DNA of 64,000 bases from an uncultured Faecalibacterium sp. Its GTDB lineage: Bacteria; Bacillota; Clostridia; Oscillospirales; Acutalibacteraceae. Every line of letters begins with the position of its first letter. Within the stretch, counting starts at the first letter, position 1. Made by a program: the position numbers and the translations under genes. A model generated the notes under the pieces. It had not been told where the DNA came from, searched no databases, and was given only the letters and a program-made list of their open reading frames with translations. Where the stretch lies: NCBI GenBank assembly GCA_964403085.1, contig CAYOEN010000002.1, positions 7,715 to 71,714 of the forward strand, read 5' to 3'. Of this stretch, positions 52,828 through 62,732 are shown piece by piece.

Positions 52828-54813
52828 TTAGCTGACATCGGTCATATCAATATAAAGATGACCGAAATTAGCAATATAATCCTTTCTGCCTGCCAGATTA
52901 TCTCCGAGAAGAAGGTCAAATTTTTCTGCCGTCGCCTGCGCTTCGGAAGGATCGATTTTAATCAAGCGACGAGTCGCCGGATTCATGGTCGTGAGATTCA
53001 TCATCTCAGCATCGTTTTCACCGAGTCCCTTGGAGCGTTGAACAGTGTATTTTTTGTTGCCGATTTCAGAAAGAGCGTCGGCCTTTTCTTTTTCGGTGTA
53101 AGCAAACCAGGTTTGATCGCCGCTTGTTATCTCATAAAGAGGAGATTCGGCAATAAACACCTTGCCGGCGCTGATGAGCGAAGGCATAAGACGATAGAGC
53201 ATGGTAAGAATCAAAGTCCTTATCTGATATCCGTCAACATCGGCATCGGTGCAGATAATGATTTTGTTCCAACGAAGGTTGTCCATGTTGAATGTGACCA
53301 TGTTCTTATCGGGGATATGCTTTGTTTTAACTTCAACCCCACAGCCGAGAACTCTTATCAGATCAACAATTATTTCGCTCTTGAAAATCTTGTCGTATTC
53401 GGATTTGAGACAATTCAATATTTTTCCTCGGACAGGTATGAGCGCCTGGAATTCAGAGTCGCGCGCCTGCTTACAGGCACCCAGAGCAGAATCACCCTCA
53501 ACAATAAACAATTCGCGAACATTTACGTCTCTGCTTCTGCAATCAACGAATTTCTGAACGCGGTTCGTTAAATCGTTCGAAGCGGAAAGCGTTTTCTTAA
53601 TGCTGACTCTTGTAGCTTCGGCCTTAACACGGCTTCGCATATTGACAAGAATCTGATCGCATATTTTCTCGGCTTCAAGTTTGTTTTCGAGAAAATAAAT
53701 TTCAATCTGGTGACGGAGAAACTCGGTCATCGCCTCTTGAATATATTTATTTGTTATGGCTTTTTTCGTTTGGTTAAGATATGATGTCTCCGTTGAAAAA
53801 GAAGAGGAAACGAGAACGAGACAATCAGAGATATCCTGAAACTTGATTTTCGGGTCCGTTTTGCTGTATTTGCCGTTTTGTTTAAGATAAGAATCTATCT
53901 GCGAAACAAAAGCGCTTGTGACGGCTTTTTCGGGAGAGCCGCCAAATTCAAGCCAGCTTGAATTGTGGTAATACTCAATCATTTGCTGCTTGTTGCAAAA
54001 CGTCAGCGCAACATTGAGCTTGACCTTATATTCCGGAAGGTCGGGTCTGTCGCGACCGGCTCTGTCTGCTGACCAGAACTGAATCGACGAAAGAGCATCC
54101 TCACCGACAAATTCGCGAACATAGTCGGCGATGCCGTTTTCATAGTAATATTCAAATGTTTCAAAGCCGCCTTTTATCTGATTTTTGAGTTCGAAGCGAA
54201 CGCGGCTGTTAACTATCGCCTGACGGCGAACAACCTCCTGATAATATTCAAGAGGAATGTCAATATCGGTAAAAACGTCGAGGTCGGGTTTCCATTTGAT
54301 TCGGCTGCCGGTTGCGCGTCCGGAATAAGGCTCGCAGGAAAGCCCGCCGACGTTTTCGCCTTTTTCGAAATGCAAAGTATACCTTTGACCGTCGCGTTTG
54401 ATTTCGGCGTCCATGTATTCGCTTGCATACTGAGTTGCGCAAAGACCGAGACCGTTAAGTCCGAGAGAATACTCATAGCTGCCGCCGGCGTTTGTCTTGT
54501 ATTTTCCTCCGGCATACATTTCGCAAAAAACAAGTTCCCAGTTATACTTTCCGTATTTTTCGTTAAAACCCACCGGTATTCCGCGGCCAAAATCCTGCAC
54601 TTCGACAGAACCGTCAAGAAAACGAGTAATTATTATTTTGTCGCCGTAGCCTTCTCGCGCTTCATCAATTGAGTTTGAAAGAATTTCGAACATTGAGTGC
54701 TCGCAGCCTTCAATTCCATTAGAACCAAATATTACAGCCGGGCGTTTTCTGACTTTGTCTGCGCCTTCGAGGACTTCAATGTCCTGATCGCTGTAGCCGC
54801 TTTTTTTTGCCAT
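52828..54813 (-). CDS. parE: type IIA topoisomerase subunit B (ParE/GrlB-like topoisomerase IV)
   Basis: GHKL ATPase N-terminus, TOPRIM EGDSA, PVRGKILN. ATG 54813 gives MAKKSGYSDQDIEVLEG; the track start 54846 is upstream. Confidence 0.75.
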   Translation of the reverse strand: MAKKSGYSDQDIEVLEGADKVRKRPAVIFGSNGIEGCEHSMFEILSNSIDEAREGYGDKIIITRFLDGSVEVQDFGRGIPVGFNEKYGKYNWELVFCEMYAGGKYKTNAGGSYEYSLGLNGLGLCATQYASEYMDAEIKRDGQRYTLHFEKGENVGGLSCEPYSGRATGSRIKWKPDLDVFTDIDIPLEYYQEVVRRQAIVNSRVRFELKNQIKGGFETFEYYYENGIADYVREFVGEDALSSIQFWSADRAGRDRPDLPEYKVKLNVALTFCNKQQMIEYYHNSSWLEFGGSPEKAVTSAFVSQIDSYLKQNGKYSKTDPKIKFQDISDCLVLVSSSFSTETSYLNQTKKAITNKYIQEAMTEFLRHQIEIYFLENKLEAEKICDQILVNMRSRVKAEATRVSIKKTLSASNDLTNRVQKFVDCRSRDVNVRELFIVEGDSALGACKQARDSEFQALIPVRGKILNCLKSEYDKIFKSEIIVDLIRVLGCGVEVKTKHIPDKNMVTFNMDNLRWNKIIICTDADVDGYQIRTLILTMLYRLMPSLISAGKVFIAESPLYEITSGDQTWFAYTEKEKADALSEIGNKKYTVQRSKGLGENDAEMMNLTTMNPATRRLIKIDPSEAQATAEKFDLLLGDNLAGRKDYIANFGHLYIDMTDVS

Positions 54814-54913
54814 TATTTCAATTCCTTTCTTTCGAGCGGAAAACACAAAATCCGCTAATATTTATAAGAATATCACAAGATATAGTACAACAGATATATT
54901 TTACACATTTTTC

Positions 54914-54943
54914 AAAAAAAATCAAGAGGCCCCGGAGAGCCTC
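54914..54943 (-). terminator. intrinsic terminator of spoVM
   Basis: On the - strand: GAGGCTC tccg GGGCCTC, then TTGATTTTTTTT. The stem overlaps the TGA stop. Confidence 0.6.
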
Positions 54944-55019
54944 AGGAATCTTTGATCTTAAAAATCATTTTCAATATACCGCGAAGTGCTTTCGGACTCT
55001 TAATGACAACAACCTTCAT
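54942..55019 (-). CDS. spoVM: stage V sporulation protein M (25 aa)
   Basis: GGGAGG RBS, then MKVVVIKSPKALRGILKMIFKIKDS. Compare B. subtilis SpoVM MKFYTIKLPKFLGGIVRAMLGSFRKD. The position after rsgA is the same as in Bacillus. It is hidden inside an 87-aa track ORF. Confidence 0.75.
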   Translation of the reverse strand: MKVVVIKSPKALRGILKMIFKIKDS

Positions 55020-55048
55020 AAAGAAAACCTCCCGAAAAGAATTGAGCT

Positions 55049-55195
55049 CTATCTTGAACAGGATATCACGCCGAGAATTACAAGCATTATCGCAAGAATA
55101 AAGAGCATTATTTTTGTCGGGAAGCAAAGAGCCAGCAATAGCCCTGCACCGAACGCGGCAAAAACGAGACCTTTGTTGCCTCTTTGACCTGACAT
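55049..55195 (-). CDS. unlisted 48-aa two-helix membrane peptide upstream of spoVM
   Basis: GGAG lies 10 nt before ATG 55195. Product MSGQRGNKGLVFAAFGAGLLLALCFPTKIMLFILAIMLVILGVISCSR; it stops 29 nt before the spoVM ATG. Confidence 0.4.
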   Translation of the reverse strand: MSGQRGNKGLVFAAFGAGLLLALCFPTKIMLFILAIMLVILGVISCSR

Positions 55196-55270
55196 GATAC
55201 ACCAACTCCGATAATAACGCTTGCCTTTCGGCTGTTTGAAAAGCTCAATATATTATACGGAGTTTTCGTT

Positions 55271-56176
55271 TTAGTGTGAAAGAGTCCATTCTTTAATGTT
55301 TTTCGCTTCGTTATACAAAGAAACGTAATTGTCGTGGCGACTCTTACTTATAACACCCTTCTCTGTCATTTCGCATATTGCGCAGCCTTTTTCGCAAGTA
55401 TGCGTGCACGAAGTGAAACGACATTGACCGAGAAATTGCGAAAACTCGGGGAAGCAGACGGCGAGTTCATCTTTGAGAATCGGATCGTTGGAAACAAGAT
55501 CAAGCGAAGAAAAACCGGCAGTGTCAATAATAAGACCGCCGCCGACATGGAAAATTTCCGCCTGTCGGGTCGTGTGTCGTCCGCGTTTCAGCTTGTTGCT
55601 GATTTCTCCCGTGCTGAGGGAAAGCTCGGGACTCAGAGCGTTTATAAGAGTGGATTTGCCTGCGCCCGAATTGCCTGTAAAGGCAGTAAGCTTTCCGGTT
55701 AATTCGCTTTTGATCGCTTCAAGCTGAGAGTGATCCTGAGGCGAAACGGTGTAAAGCTTGTAGCCGGTCGTTTTATAAATATCGATCATTCGTTCTGGGC
55801 TTGCAAGATCCGTCTTTGAAAAAACAAGAATCGGCTGAATTCCCTTTCTTTCAGCGAGCGTTGTCATTTTATCAATAACCATTGTGTTCGGTTCCGGGTC
55901 GCGCATTGAAACCACGATCAAAAGGTTGTCGATATTGGCAACAGGCGGCCGTTTAAGATAATTTTTTCGTTCTTCGATGAGGGAAATCGTGTTTTCGGCG
56001 TTTTGATTGATTTCGATTATCACTTTGTCTCCGGCAAGCGGAGAGATGCCTTCTTTGCGAAATCTCCCCTTCGCCTTACATTCAAAAACGCCTTCGTCGG
56101 TTTCAACGTAATAGAATCCTCCGATTCCCTTTAAAACTGTTCCGTGAATTTCGGTCGATAGTTTTTGTTCGCTCAT
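55271..56176 (-). CDS. rsgA: ribosome small-subunit-dependent GTPase A
   Basis: OB-fold N-terminus, circularly permuted GTPase with GNSGAGKSTLINAL, and Zn finger CRFTSCTHTCEKGCAI. Confidence 0.9.
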   Translation of the reverse strand: MSEQKLSTEIHGTVLKGIGGFYYVETDEGVFECKAKGRFRKEGISPLAGDKVIIEINQNAENTISLIEERKNYLKRPPVANIDNLLIVVSMRDPEPNTMVIDKMTTLAERKGIQPILVFSKTDLASPERMIDIYKTTGYKLYTVSPQDHSQLEAIKSELTGKLTAFTGNSGAGKSTLINALSPELSLSTGEISNKLKRGRHTTRQAEIFHVGGGLIIDTAGFSSLDLVSNDPILKDELAVCFPEFSQFLGQCRFTSCTHTCEKGCAICEMTEKGVISKSRHDNYVSLYNEAKNIKEWTLSH

Positions 56177-56178
56177 AT

Positions 56179-58092
56179 TTACTCCTCAATCACGGGATCC
56201 TGATTTTCAGAAGAAGGTTCACTGCTCGCAGCTGCGGAAGAATTTTCGCCTGAATCACCTGAATTTTCGGTTGATTGAGTATCGGGTTCCGCTGAGGTTG
56301 AAGGAAGAGTGGTTAAACGTCTCGGCTCCGTGGTGGTTGGAGCGGTCGTTGACTCGGATGTTTTGGGAGCAGTCGTTGACTCGGTGGTTGATTCGGTGCT
56401 CTGAGTCGGGAGTTGACCAGTGCTGACATAAACCGCGATCGCAGTTCCGGGCGCGACTTGTTCACCGACGTGTTCGTAACCGATTATAGTGCCTCTTTCG
56501 GCGGCGTTGCTTCTATACTCAGTGCGGGCGGTGTCAAGCACAAGTCCGACTTTTTCGAGTTCGGCTTGCGCTTCGGTAACAGTCAAACCGGTAAGGCTCG
56601 GAACGTCGACCGGTTCCGAATCATCGGTAGTTGCAACAAAGATTGTAACAACCGAGCCTTCTTCAACTTCTTCGTTGCGAGCCGGAGAAGTTCTTATAAC
56701 TGTGCCCGGTTCGGCGTTCGAGGTCTTTTCTTTGATGATTTTCGGGTCAAAATTCTTTTCAATTAGAAGTGCACGAGCGGAATTGTATTCATATCCGTAA
56801 ACATCGGGGACGGTTGTTTTTTTGCTTGATTTGGCAACATAAAGTGTTATTGTGCTGCCGCGATTTACCTTTCCGCTCTTCGGCGACTGGTCAACAATAA
56901 CGCCGTCCTCTTTTTCGCTGTTGGTAACTTCGTTACAATTAAACTCAAAATCTGCATATTCTTCTGCATTCATGACCTCTTGGGCGAAGTTCTTGCCGAC
57001 AAGGTCGGGAACGCGAACTTTGTTTTTTCCGGGGACAACAATAGCGAGTATAACAGCGATAACAACCGCAAACGCGGCGAAAATTCCGCCGAGAATGGCA
57101 ACGGTTTTTTTCTTGGATTTATTAAGTCTCTCGCTGTCATTACCGTCGAGGTCATCGTCTTCAAACATCGACTCCGAATTTTTCGCGGCTTTCTCAATCG
57201 TGTCAAGCGGAACATACTTTGTGGGCTGCCTGTCAACAAAGTATGAATAATCGAACTTAACATTCGGGTTCTTTTTGAACTCGCCGATATCCAAAAGCAT
57301 CTCCGACGCCGATTGATAGCGGTCGTTAATATTCTTTTGCATTGCGCGGATAACGATTTGTTCAAGACCGACAGGAATATCCGGATTCAATTCTCTGGGT
57401 TTAACAGGATCGTTTTGAAGTTGCATCAGCGCAACGGAAACCGCGTTGTCCGACTGGAAAGGAACCTTGCCCGTGAGCATTTCATAAAGCACAACGCCAA
57501 CAGAATAGAGGTCGGTTTTTGCGTCCGTAACGCTGCCTTTAGCCTGCTCCGGGCTTATGTAGTGAACCGAGCCGATTGCGCCGTCGGTCATTGTTCTTGT
57601 TTCGCTGCGACTAAAGCGCGCAATTCCGAAATCCGTGACTTTAATAGTGCCGTCGGAAAGGAGCATAATATTCTGCGGTTTAACATCGCGATGAACAATT
57701 CCTTTGTCGTGCGCGTGTTGCAATGCACGAAGAATTTGAGTGACAAAATAAATCGCTTCGCGAATATCAAGTCTTCCCTGCTGCTCAATATATTCCTTAA
57801 GTGTGATACCGTCCACATATTCCATAACGATATATTGAAGGTTATCACCGTAACTGACGTCGTAAATTTTAACAATATTGGGATGCGAGAGCACCGCAAT
57901 TGCTTTTGATTCGTTTTTAAATCTGCGTCTGAATTCCTGGTTTTGAAGGTATTCATCTTTTAAAACCTTGACGGCAACAATTCTGTTGTCAATGTTATCG
58001 AAAGCTTTGTAAACAACAGCCATTCCACCGACACCGATTATCTCGATTATTTCATAACGACCGTCAAGTCTTTTTCCAACATAATTTTCCAC
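56179..58092 (-). CDS. prkC: Ser/Thr protein kinase with PASTA repeats
   Basis: Kinase motifs GVGGMAVVYKA, HRDVKPQN and DFG, a single TM helix, three PASTA-like repeats, and a Ser/Thr/Glu-rich low-complexity tail. Confidence 0.9.
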   Translation of the reverse strand: MENYVGKRLDGRYEIIEIIGVGGMAVVYKAFDNIDNRIVAVKVLKDEYLQNQEFRRRFKNESKAIAVLSHPNIVKIYDVSYGDNLQYIVMEYVDGITLKEYIEQQGRLDIREAIYFVTQILRALQHAHDKGIVHRDVKPQNIMLLSDGTIKVTDFGIARFSRSETRTMTDGAIGSVHYISPEQAKGSVTDAKTDLYSVGVVLYEMLTGKVPFQSDNAVSVALMQLQNDPVKPRELNPDIPVGLEQIVIRAMQKNINDRYQSASEMLLDIGEFKKNPNVKFDYSYFVDRQPTKYVPLDTIEKAAKNSESMFEDDDLDGNDSERLNKSKKKTVAILGGIFAAFAVVIAVILAIVVPGKNKVRVPDLVGKNFAQEVMNAEEYADFEFNCNEVTNSEKEDGVIVDQSPKSGKVNRGSTITLYVAKSSKKTTVPDVYGYEYNSARALLIEKNFDPKIIKEKTSNAEPGTVIRTSPARNEEVEEGSVVTIFVATTDDSEPVDVPSLTGLTVTEAQAELEKVGLVLDTARTEYRSNAAERGTIIGYEHVGEQVAPGTAIAVYVSTGQLPTQSTESTTESTTAPKTSESTTAPTTTEPRRLTTLPSTSAEPDTQSTENSGDSGENSSAAASSEPSSENQDPVIEE

Positions 58093-58106
58093 TTGTCAAG
58101 CACTCC

Positions 58107-58835
58107 TTAACATTTGATGGCGACGACTGTAATATTATCACGTCCGCCGTTTTCGTTTGCTGTATTTATCAAGCTGTCGCAAAGATTCTCAAATGCAACG
58201 CTTTTTGAAAGTTCAAGAATACTTTCGGGCTTTACGAGACCGCTCAAGCCGTCCGAACAAAGGATGATCGTATCACCTTCAAGGACATCGACATAATCGA
58301 AATCTATCTCTATTTCTTCATCGACGCCCAAGACGCGTGTGATGATGTTTTTGTTTGGATGGTTTTCAAACTGTTCTTTGGTTATTTGACCGTTATCCAA
58401 CATTTCCTGAACAAGTGAATGGTCTTTTGTGAGCTGGTTGATTTTGTCGTTTGAAATTATGTAAGCTCGACTGTCACCAACGTGAGCGATGCAGGCCGTA
58501 TTGCCTTTAACGACACAGGCAACAATAGTCGTACCCATCCCTTTCAATTCGCTGTCAACAGCTCCTCGGTCGAAAACGGTGACGTTAGCTGTTGTTATGG
58601 CAGAAAGGAGCATATTCTCGATTGAAACGCCGGTCATTGATTTGTTATAGCTTTTTTCAAGCTTTCTGCTGACCATATCGGCAGCAATTGTGCTCGCAAG
58701 GCGACCGCCCGAAGCGCCGCCCATTCCATCGCAGACAACAGCCCAAATTGAGCCGTCGTCATACTTTCCGAAACGAAAAGCGTCTTCGTTCATTTGTCGA
58801 ATTTTTCCGATGTCCGAATTGCCAAGAACAATCAT
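58107..58835 (-). CDS. prpC: PP2C-family Ser/Thr phosphatase (Stp/PrpC)
   Basis: Motifs VCDGMGG and CSDGL, 242 aa, upstream partner of prkC. Confidence 0.9.
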   Translation of the reverse strand: MIVLGNSDIGKIRQMNEDAFRFGKYDDGSIWAVVCDGMGGASGGRLASTIAADMVSRKLEKSYNKSMTGVSIENMLLSAITTANVTVFDRGAVDSELKGMGTTIVACVVKGNTACIAHVGDSRAYIISNDKINQLTKDHSLVQEMLDNGQITKEQFENHPNKNIITRVLGVDEEIEIDFDYVDVLEGDTIILCSDGLSGLVKPESILELSKSVAFENLCDSLINTANENGGRDNITVVAIKC

Positions 58836-58858
58836 GCTACCACCTCCGATGGGTTTTA

Positions 58859-59884
58859 TTACTTTTCGCCTCTGCGAAGCTGACCGCAGGAGGCGTTTAT
58901 ATCACTGCCAAGCGTTCGCCTGACGGTAACGTTGATTGAATTTTTTTCAAGTATGCGTATAAAAGCGTTGATGCGTTCATTGCTGCTTTTGACGTAATCA
59001 CGTTCCTTTACAGAATTTATCGGTATTAAATTAACGTGACAAAGCATACCTTTCAATTTTTGCGAAAGCAGCCGCGCGCAATCATCACTGTCGTTAACTC
59101 CGCTTATCATTGCATATTCAAAGGATATCCTTCGATTTGTCGCCTCAGTATAATCACGACAGGCTTTAAGAAGCGTGTCAATATTCCAACGGCTGTTAAC
59201 GGGCATTGTTCGGTTTCTGATTTCATCGCTAGGTGCGTGAAGAGATATTGAAAGGGTCAGCTGAAGATGTCTGTCAAGAAGCTTATAAATTCCGCTGACA
59301 ACACCGCAGGTTGAAAGAGAAATGTTTCTCATGCTGAGATTTTGACCGTTTTCGTCAGAGACAAGTTCCAGAAAACGCATAACGTTATCAAAATTGTCAA
59401 GCGGCTCACCGACGCCCATCATAACAATATGCGATATACGCTCACCGATATCCTTTTGTGCGGTATAAAGCTGAGAAAGGATCTCACCGGGAAGAAGATT
59501 ACGAACAAATCCGGCAATCCCGGAAGCGCAAAACGTACAGCCCATTTTACAGCCTACCTGACTTGAAACGCAAATCGTTCTGCCGTATTTATACTTCATT
59601 ACAACGGACTCGATCAATTCTCCGTCAGAAAGCCTGAAAAGATATTTAACCGTACCATCATACACTGAAACAAGCTTTTTTTCAATAGTACACCCTGAAA
59701 TATAGTAGTTTTTTTTCAGCTTTTCTCTCAGGTTTTTTGAAATGTTTGTCATTTCGTCAAACGATGAAACGAGGTGTTTGTGTAACCAGGAAAAAATTTG
59801 CGAAGCAACAAAAGCTTTTTCGCCGAGCGAAGTCATTTCTTCGCGAAGCTCGGCGAGATTCATTGATTTTATATCTTTAATCAA
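58859..59884 (-). CDS. rlmN: 23S rRNA/tRNA (adenine-C2)-methyltransferase RlmN
   Basis: Radical-SAM CKMGCTFC. The N-terminus IKDIKSMNLAELREEM...FVASQIFSWLH fits RlmN. Likely TTG start at 59884, one nt after the rsmB stop (or ATG 59863); the track start 59998 lies inside rsmB. Confidence 0.9.
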   Translation of the reverse strand: MIKDIKSMNLAELREEMTSLGEKAFVASQIFSWLHKHLVSSFDEMTNISKNLREKLKKNYYISGCTIEKKLVSVYDGTVKYLFRLSDGELIESVVMKYKYGRTICVSSQVGCKMGCTFCASGIAGFVRNLLPGEILSQLYTAQKDIGERISHIVMMGVGEPLDNFDNVMRFLELVSDENGQNLSMRNISLSTCGVVSGIYKLLDRHLQLTLSISLHAPSDEIRNRTMPVNSRWNIDTLLKACRDYTEATNRRISFEYAMISGVNDSDDCARLLSQKLKGMLCHVNLIPINSVKERDYVKSSNERINAFIRILEKNSINVTVRRTLGSDINASCGQLRRGEK

Positions 59885-59885
59885 G

Positions 59886-61196
59886 TTATCCCTTCTTAAT
59901 AAAAAGTGCAACAAAAAAACCGTCACTGTTGTTTTCGTTAGGGAAAAACGTTTTGAATTTTTCGTTTGAAAGCTCGGGTAATGGTTTTTCGGCAACAAAT
60001 TCAGGATGATGCTTTAAAAATTTTTCGCAAACATCTTCGTTTTCAGCGCGGCTAAGCGTACAGGTTGAATAGAGCAATCTGCCGCCGGGTTTGACATAAC
60101 GAGAACCGTTTTCCAAAATAGCGAGCTGCAATTTCGGCAAAGCTTCAAGCTCGGTCGGCGATTTAAATTTGATTTCGGGCTTTTTGGAAATTATTCCAAG
60201 TCCCGAACACGGAACATCACACAAAACGCAATCGGCGTATCCGAGCGAATCGTCAAAAACAGAAGCGTCACCTTCAAAGGCGGTAATTATATTGAGTCCC
60301 AGTCTGTCTTTGCCATTGTTTATAAGATCGACTCTTCCGCTATAAATATCAAAAGCCTTCAATGTTCCGCGGTTTTGCATGTATTGCGCAACGGTGAAAG
60401 TTTTCCCGCCGGGAGCGGCGCACAAGTCAAAGACCGTATCATCGGGTTTTGCGCCGAGCGCTTTTGCGCATAACTGTGAAGGCAAGCCTTGAACATGAAA
60501 AAGTCCGTCTTGAAATTCTTCAAGTTCTTCGATCGGTAAAGAATGTGTATCTACGATGAGAGAATCTTTAATGTGCGTCGTTTTGCAGTCAATCCCCTTT
60601 TCGTTCAAGAGCTCAATGAGGGCAGCGGTTGTTGTTTTGAGTGTGTTTACACGAATTGAGGGATGATTTTCCTTCAAAGAATATGCAAGTATATTTTCGG
60701 TGCAATCGTAGCCATATTCGGTTTGCCATTTTTCAACAAGCCACTGCGGGCAGGAGTATTTAACGCCGAGATATTTTAAGGTCTCTTGGGATTCGGGAAG
60801 GATAAGTCCGTTTTGCGAAACTTTTCTCAAAACAGCATTAATAAGACCCGCAGCATATGAACAGCCGTTATTTTTTGCCAATTTGACGCTTTCGTTGACT
60901 GCGGCGGAATTCGGAACGCTGTCAAGAAACAAGATCTGATAAGCGCCGAGTCTGAGTATTGTAAGTACATCGGGTTTCAGTTTTTTCAATGGCTTTGAAA
61001 GATAGGAAACGAGAACATAGTCAAGTGTTATCATGCGCTCGACGGTACCGTAAACCAAAGTGGAAGCGAAAGCTCTTTCGCGTTGCTCGGCGTTTGACTT
61101 TTTCAACGCAAAATCAAGCGCAATATTTGAGTATGCATTATCCTTAAAAATTTTCGAAAGCACATTGAATGCAATTTGTCGCGCTGTAATTTTCAT
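59886..61196 (-). CDS. rsmB: 16S rRNA (cytosine967-C5)-methyltransferase RsmB
   Basis: NusB-like N-domain, SAM motif DLCAAPGGKT, catalytic DVPCSGLG and STCT. ATG 61196 follows GGAG. Confidence 0.9.
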   Translation of the reverse strand: MKITARQIAFNVLSKIFKDNAYSNIALDFALKKSNAEQRERAFASTLVYGTVERMITLDYVLVSYLSKPLKKLKPDVLTILRLGAYQILFLDSVPNSAAVNESVKLAKNNGCSYAAGLINAVLRKVSQNGLILPESQETLKYLGVKYSCPQWLVEKWQTEYGYDCTENILAYSLKENHPSIRVNTLKTTTAALIELLNEKGIDCKTTHIKDSLIVDTHSLPIEELEEFQDGLFHVQGLPSQLCAKALGAKPDDTVFDLCAAPGGKTFTVAQYMQNRGTLKAFDIYSGRVDLINNGKDRLGLNIITAFEGDASVFDDSLGYADCVLCDVPCSGLGIISKKPEIKFKSPTELEALPKLQLAILENGSRYVKPGGRLLYSTCTLSRAENEDVCEKFLKHHPEFVAEKPLPELSNEKFKTFFPNENNSDGFFVALFIKKG

Positions 61197-61261
61197 CAAT
61201 TCTCCGTTCAATTAACAATTGTGGTTACTTTCGGTCAAACAAATAGTCTCTGGGAAAGAGG

Positions 61262-62191
61262 TTATCCGAGAACAGTTCCGACCGAAAGTTTATGACCGTT
61301 AAGAAACGCAGAAACGGTCATACGCTTTTTGCCTTCAAGCTGTAATTCAACAAGTTCTATGCAGTGATTGTCACCACAGGTAACTACGATTCTTCCATCG
61401 GTGTCAATGATTTCGCCGGGAATATTGTTACCGGTGAGTTCACTCAAAACAGAACTTTGAAGCTTTAATGTTTTTTCCTCAAGCTTCGTGAAAGCTCCCG
61501 GCCAGGAATAAAGTCCTCTTATTCTGTTGTGAACGGTAAGGGCGCTGTCATTCCAGTTAATAAGACCGTCTTCTTTTGTGAGCAAACCGGCATAAGTTGC
61601 AAGCTCATCGTTCTGTTTTATCGGTTTCAACTCACCTTTTTCAAGCAACTCGATCGTTTTCAGCATAACCTTTGCGCCGAGAACGGAAAGCTTTTCAAAC
61701 ATATCGAGCGTTGTGTCATTGATGGATATCGGCAATTTCTCGGTTAAAAGCATATCTCCGGTATCAAGACCGGCATCCATTTGCATCGAAGTTACGCCGG
61801 TTTCCTTTTCGCCGTTCAAAACGCAGTGGTGAATGGGCGATGCGCCGCGATATTTCGGCAGGAGTGAAGCGTGAATGTTTATGCAGCCGTATTTCGGATA
61901 TTCAAGAAAATCGGGAGGCAAAAGCTTTCCGTAAGCAACAACGATTACAAGCTCAGGCTCGATTTGTTTTAATATTTCAACGCCGTTGCCGTTCTTCAAT
62001 GTTTTCGGCTGAAAAATCGTTAATCCGTGCTTCAAAGCTTCGACCTTAACATCCGGCATTTTCAATTCCTGCTTTCTGCCAACGGGCTTGTCCGGTTGGC
62101 AGAAAACTGCGACTATCTCGTGTTTCGATTCAACAAGCGCCTTCAGGCATTCAACGGAAAAATCCGGTGTACCCATAAATGCAATTTTCAT
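61262..62191 (-). CDS. fmt: methionyl-tRNA formyltransferase
   Basis: Motif HASLLPKYRGASPI, 309 aa. Confidence 0.95.
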   Translation of the reverse strand: MKIAFMGTPDFSVECLKALVESKHEIVAVFCQPDKPVGRKQELKMPDVKVEALKHGLTIFQPKTLKNGNGVEILKQIEPELVIVVAYGKLLPPDFLEYPKYGCINIHASLLPKYRGASPIHHCVLNGEKETGVTSMQMDAGLDTGDMLLTEKLPISINDTTLDMFEKLSVLGAKVMLKTIELLEKGELKPIKQNDELATYAGLLTKEDGLINWNDSALTVHNRIRGLYSWPGAFTKLEEKTLKLQSSVLSELTGNNIPGEIIDTDGRIVVTCGDNHCIELVELQLEGKKRMTVSAFLNGHKLSVGTVLG

Positions 62192-62238
62192 TTAGTAAGC
62201 CCCTTTTATTAAAAACTGTTTTCGCGAAGATCGTTTCG

Positions 62239-62712
62239 TTAATTATCCCGAAGCTCTTCTTCGCTCAGAATACGCGAAACCTTATCGGTGAAAACTATTC
62301 CGTCAAGATGGTCGATCTCGTGACAAAAGCAACGTGCCTTGAGTCCTTCGCCTTTATACATTCTCCATTGACCTTTTCTGTTTTGCGCGCGAACTTTAAC
62401 GAACTCGGGACGTTTCACTATTCCCCATTCGCCGGGAAGCGAAAGGCAGCCTTCTTGCCCTTCCTGTTCCCCGTTTTGTTCAACAATTTCGGGATTTATC
62501 AATTCGAGCGGCTCTCCGTCACCGACATCAACTATAACCGCTCGTCTGAGAATTCCGACCTGAACCGCAGCGAGACCGACACCGTCCGCTTTTTTCAAAG
62601 TCTCCTTCATATCATCAAGAAGTGTCCAGAGCTTTTCGTCAAAATTGACCACAGGGCGGCTCTTTTTCCTGAGAACGGAATCTTCAACTGTAACTATTTT
62701 TCTAATTGCCAT
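62239..62712 (-). CDS. def: peptide deformylase
   Basis: Motifs GLAAVQVG, EGCLSLPG and HEIDHLDG. Confidence 0.95.
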   Translation of the reverse strand: MAIRKIVTVEDSVLRKKSRPVVNFDEKLWTLLDDMKETLKKADGVGLAAVQVGILRRAVIVDVGDGEPLELINPEIVEQNGEQEGQEGCLSLPGEWGIVKRPEFVKVRAQNRKGQWRMYKGEGLKARCFCHEIDHLDGIVFTDKVSRILSEEELRDN

Positions 62713-62732
62713 AATAATATGTCTCCTTAAAA

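Noticed and set aside
56179-56400. Repetitive Ser/Thr/Glu-rich C-terminal tail of PrkC (STESTTESTTAPKTSESTTAPTTTEP...)
   Set aside because: This is a low-complexity extracellular linker or tail, common after PASTA domains, and there is no evidence of separate function.
58859-59998. Long N-terminal extension of rlmN (track start 59998)
   Set aside because: The extension overlaps the 3' end of rsmB. RlmN-like sequence begins at IKDIKSMNLAEL, so the start is TTG 59884 or ATG 59863.
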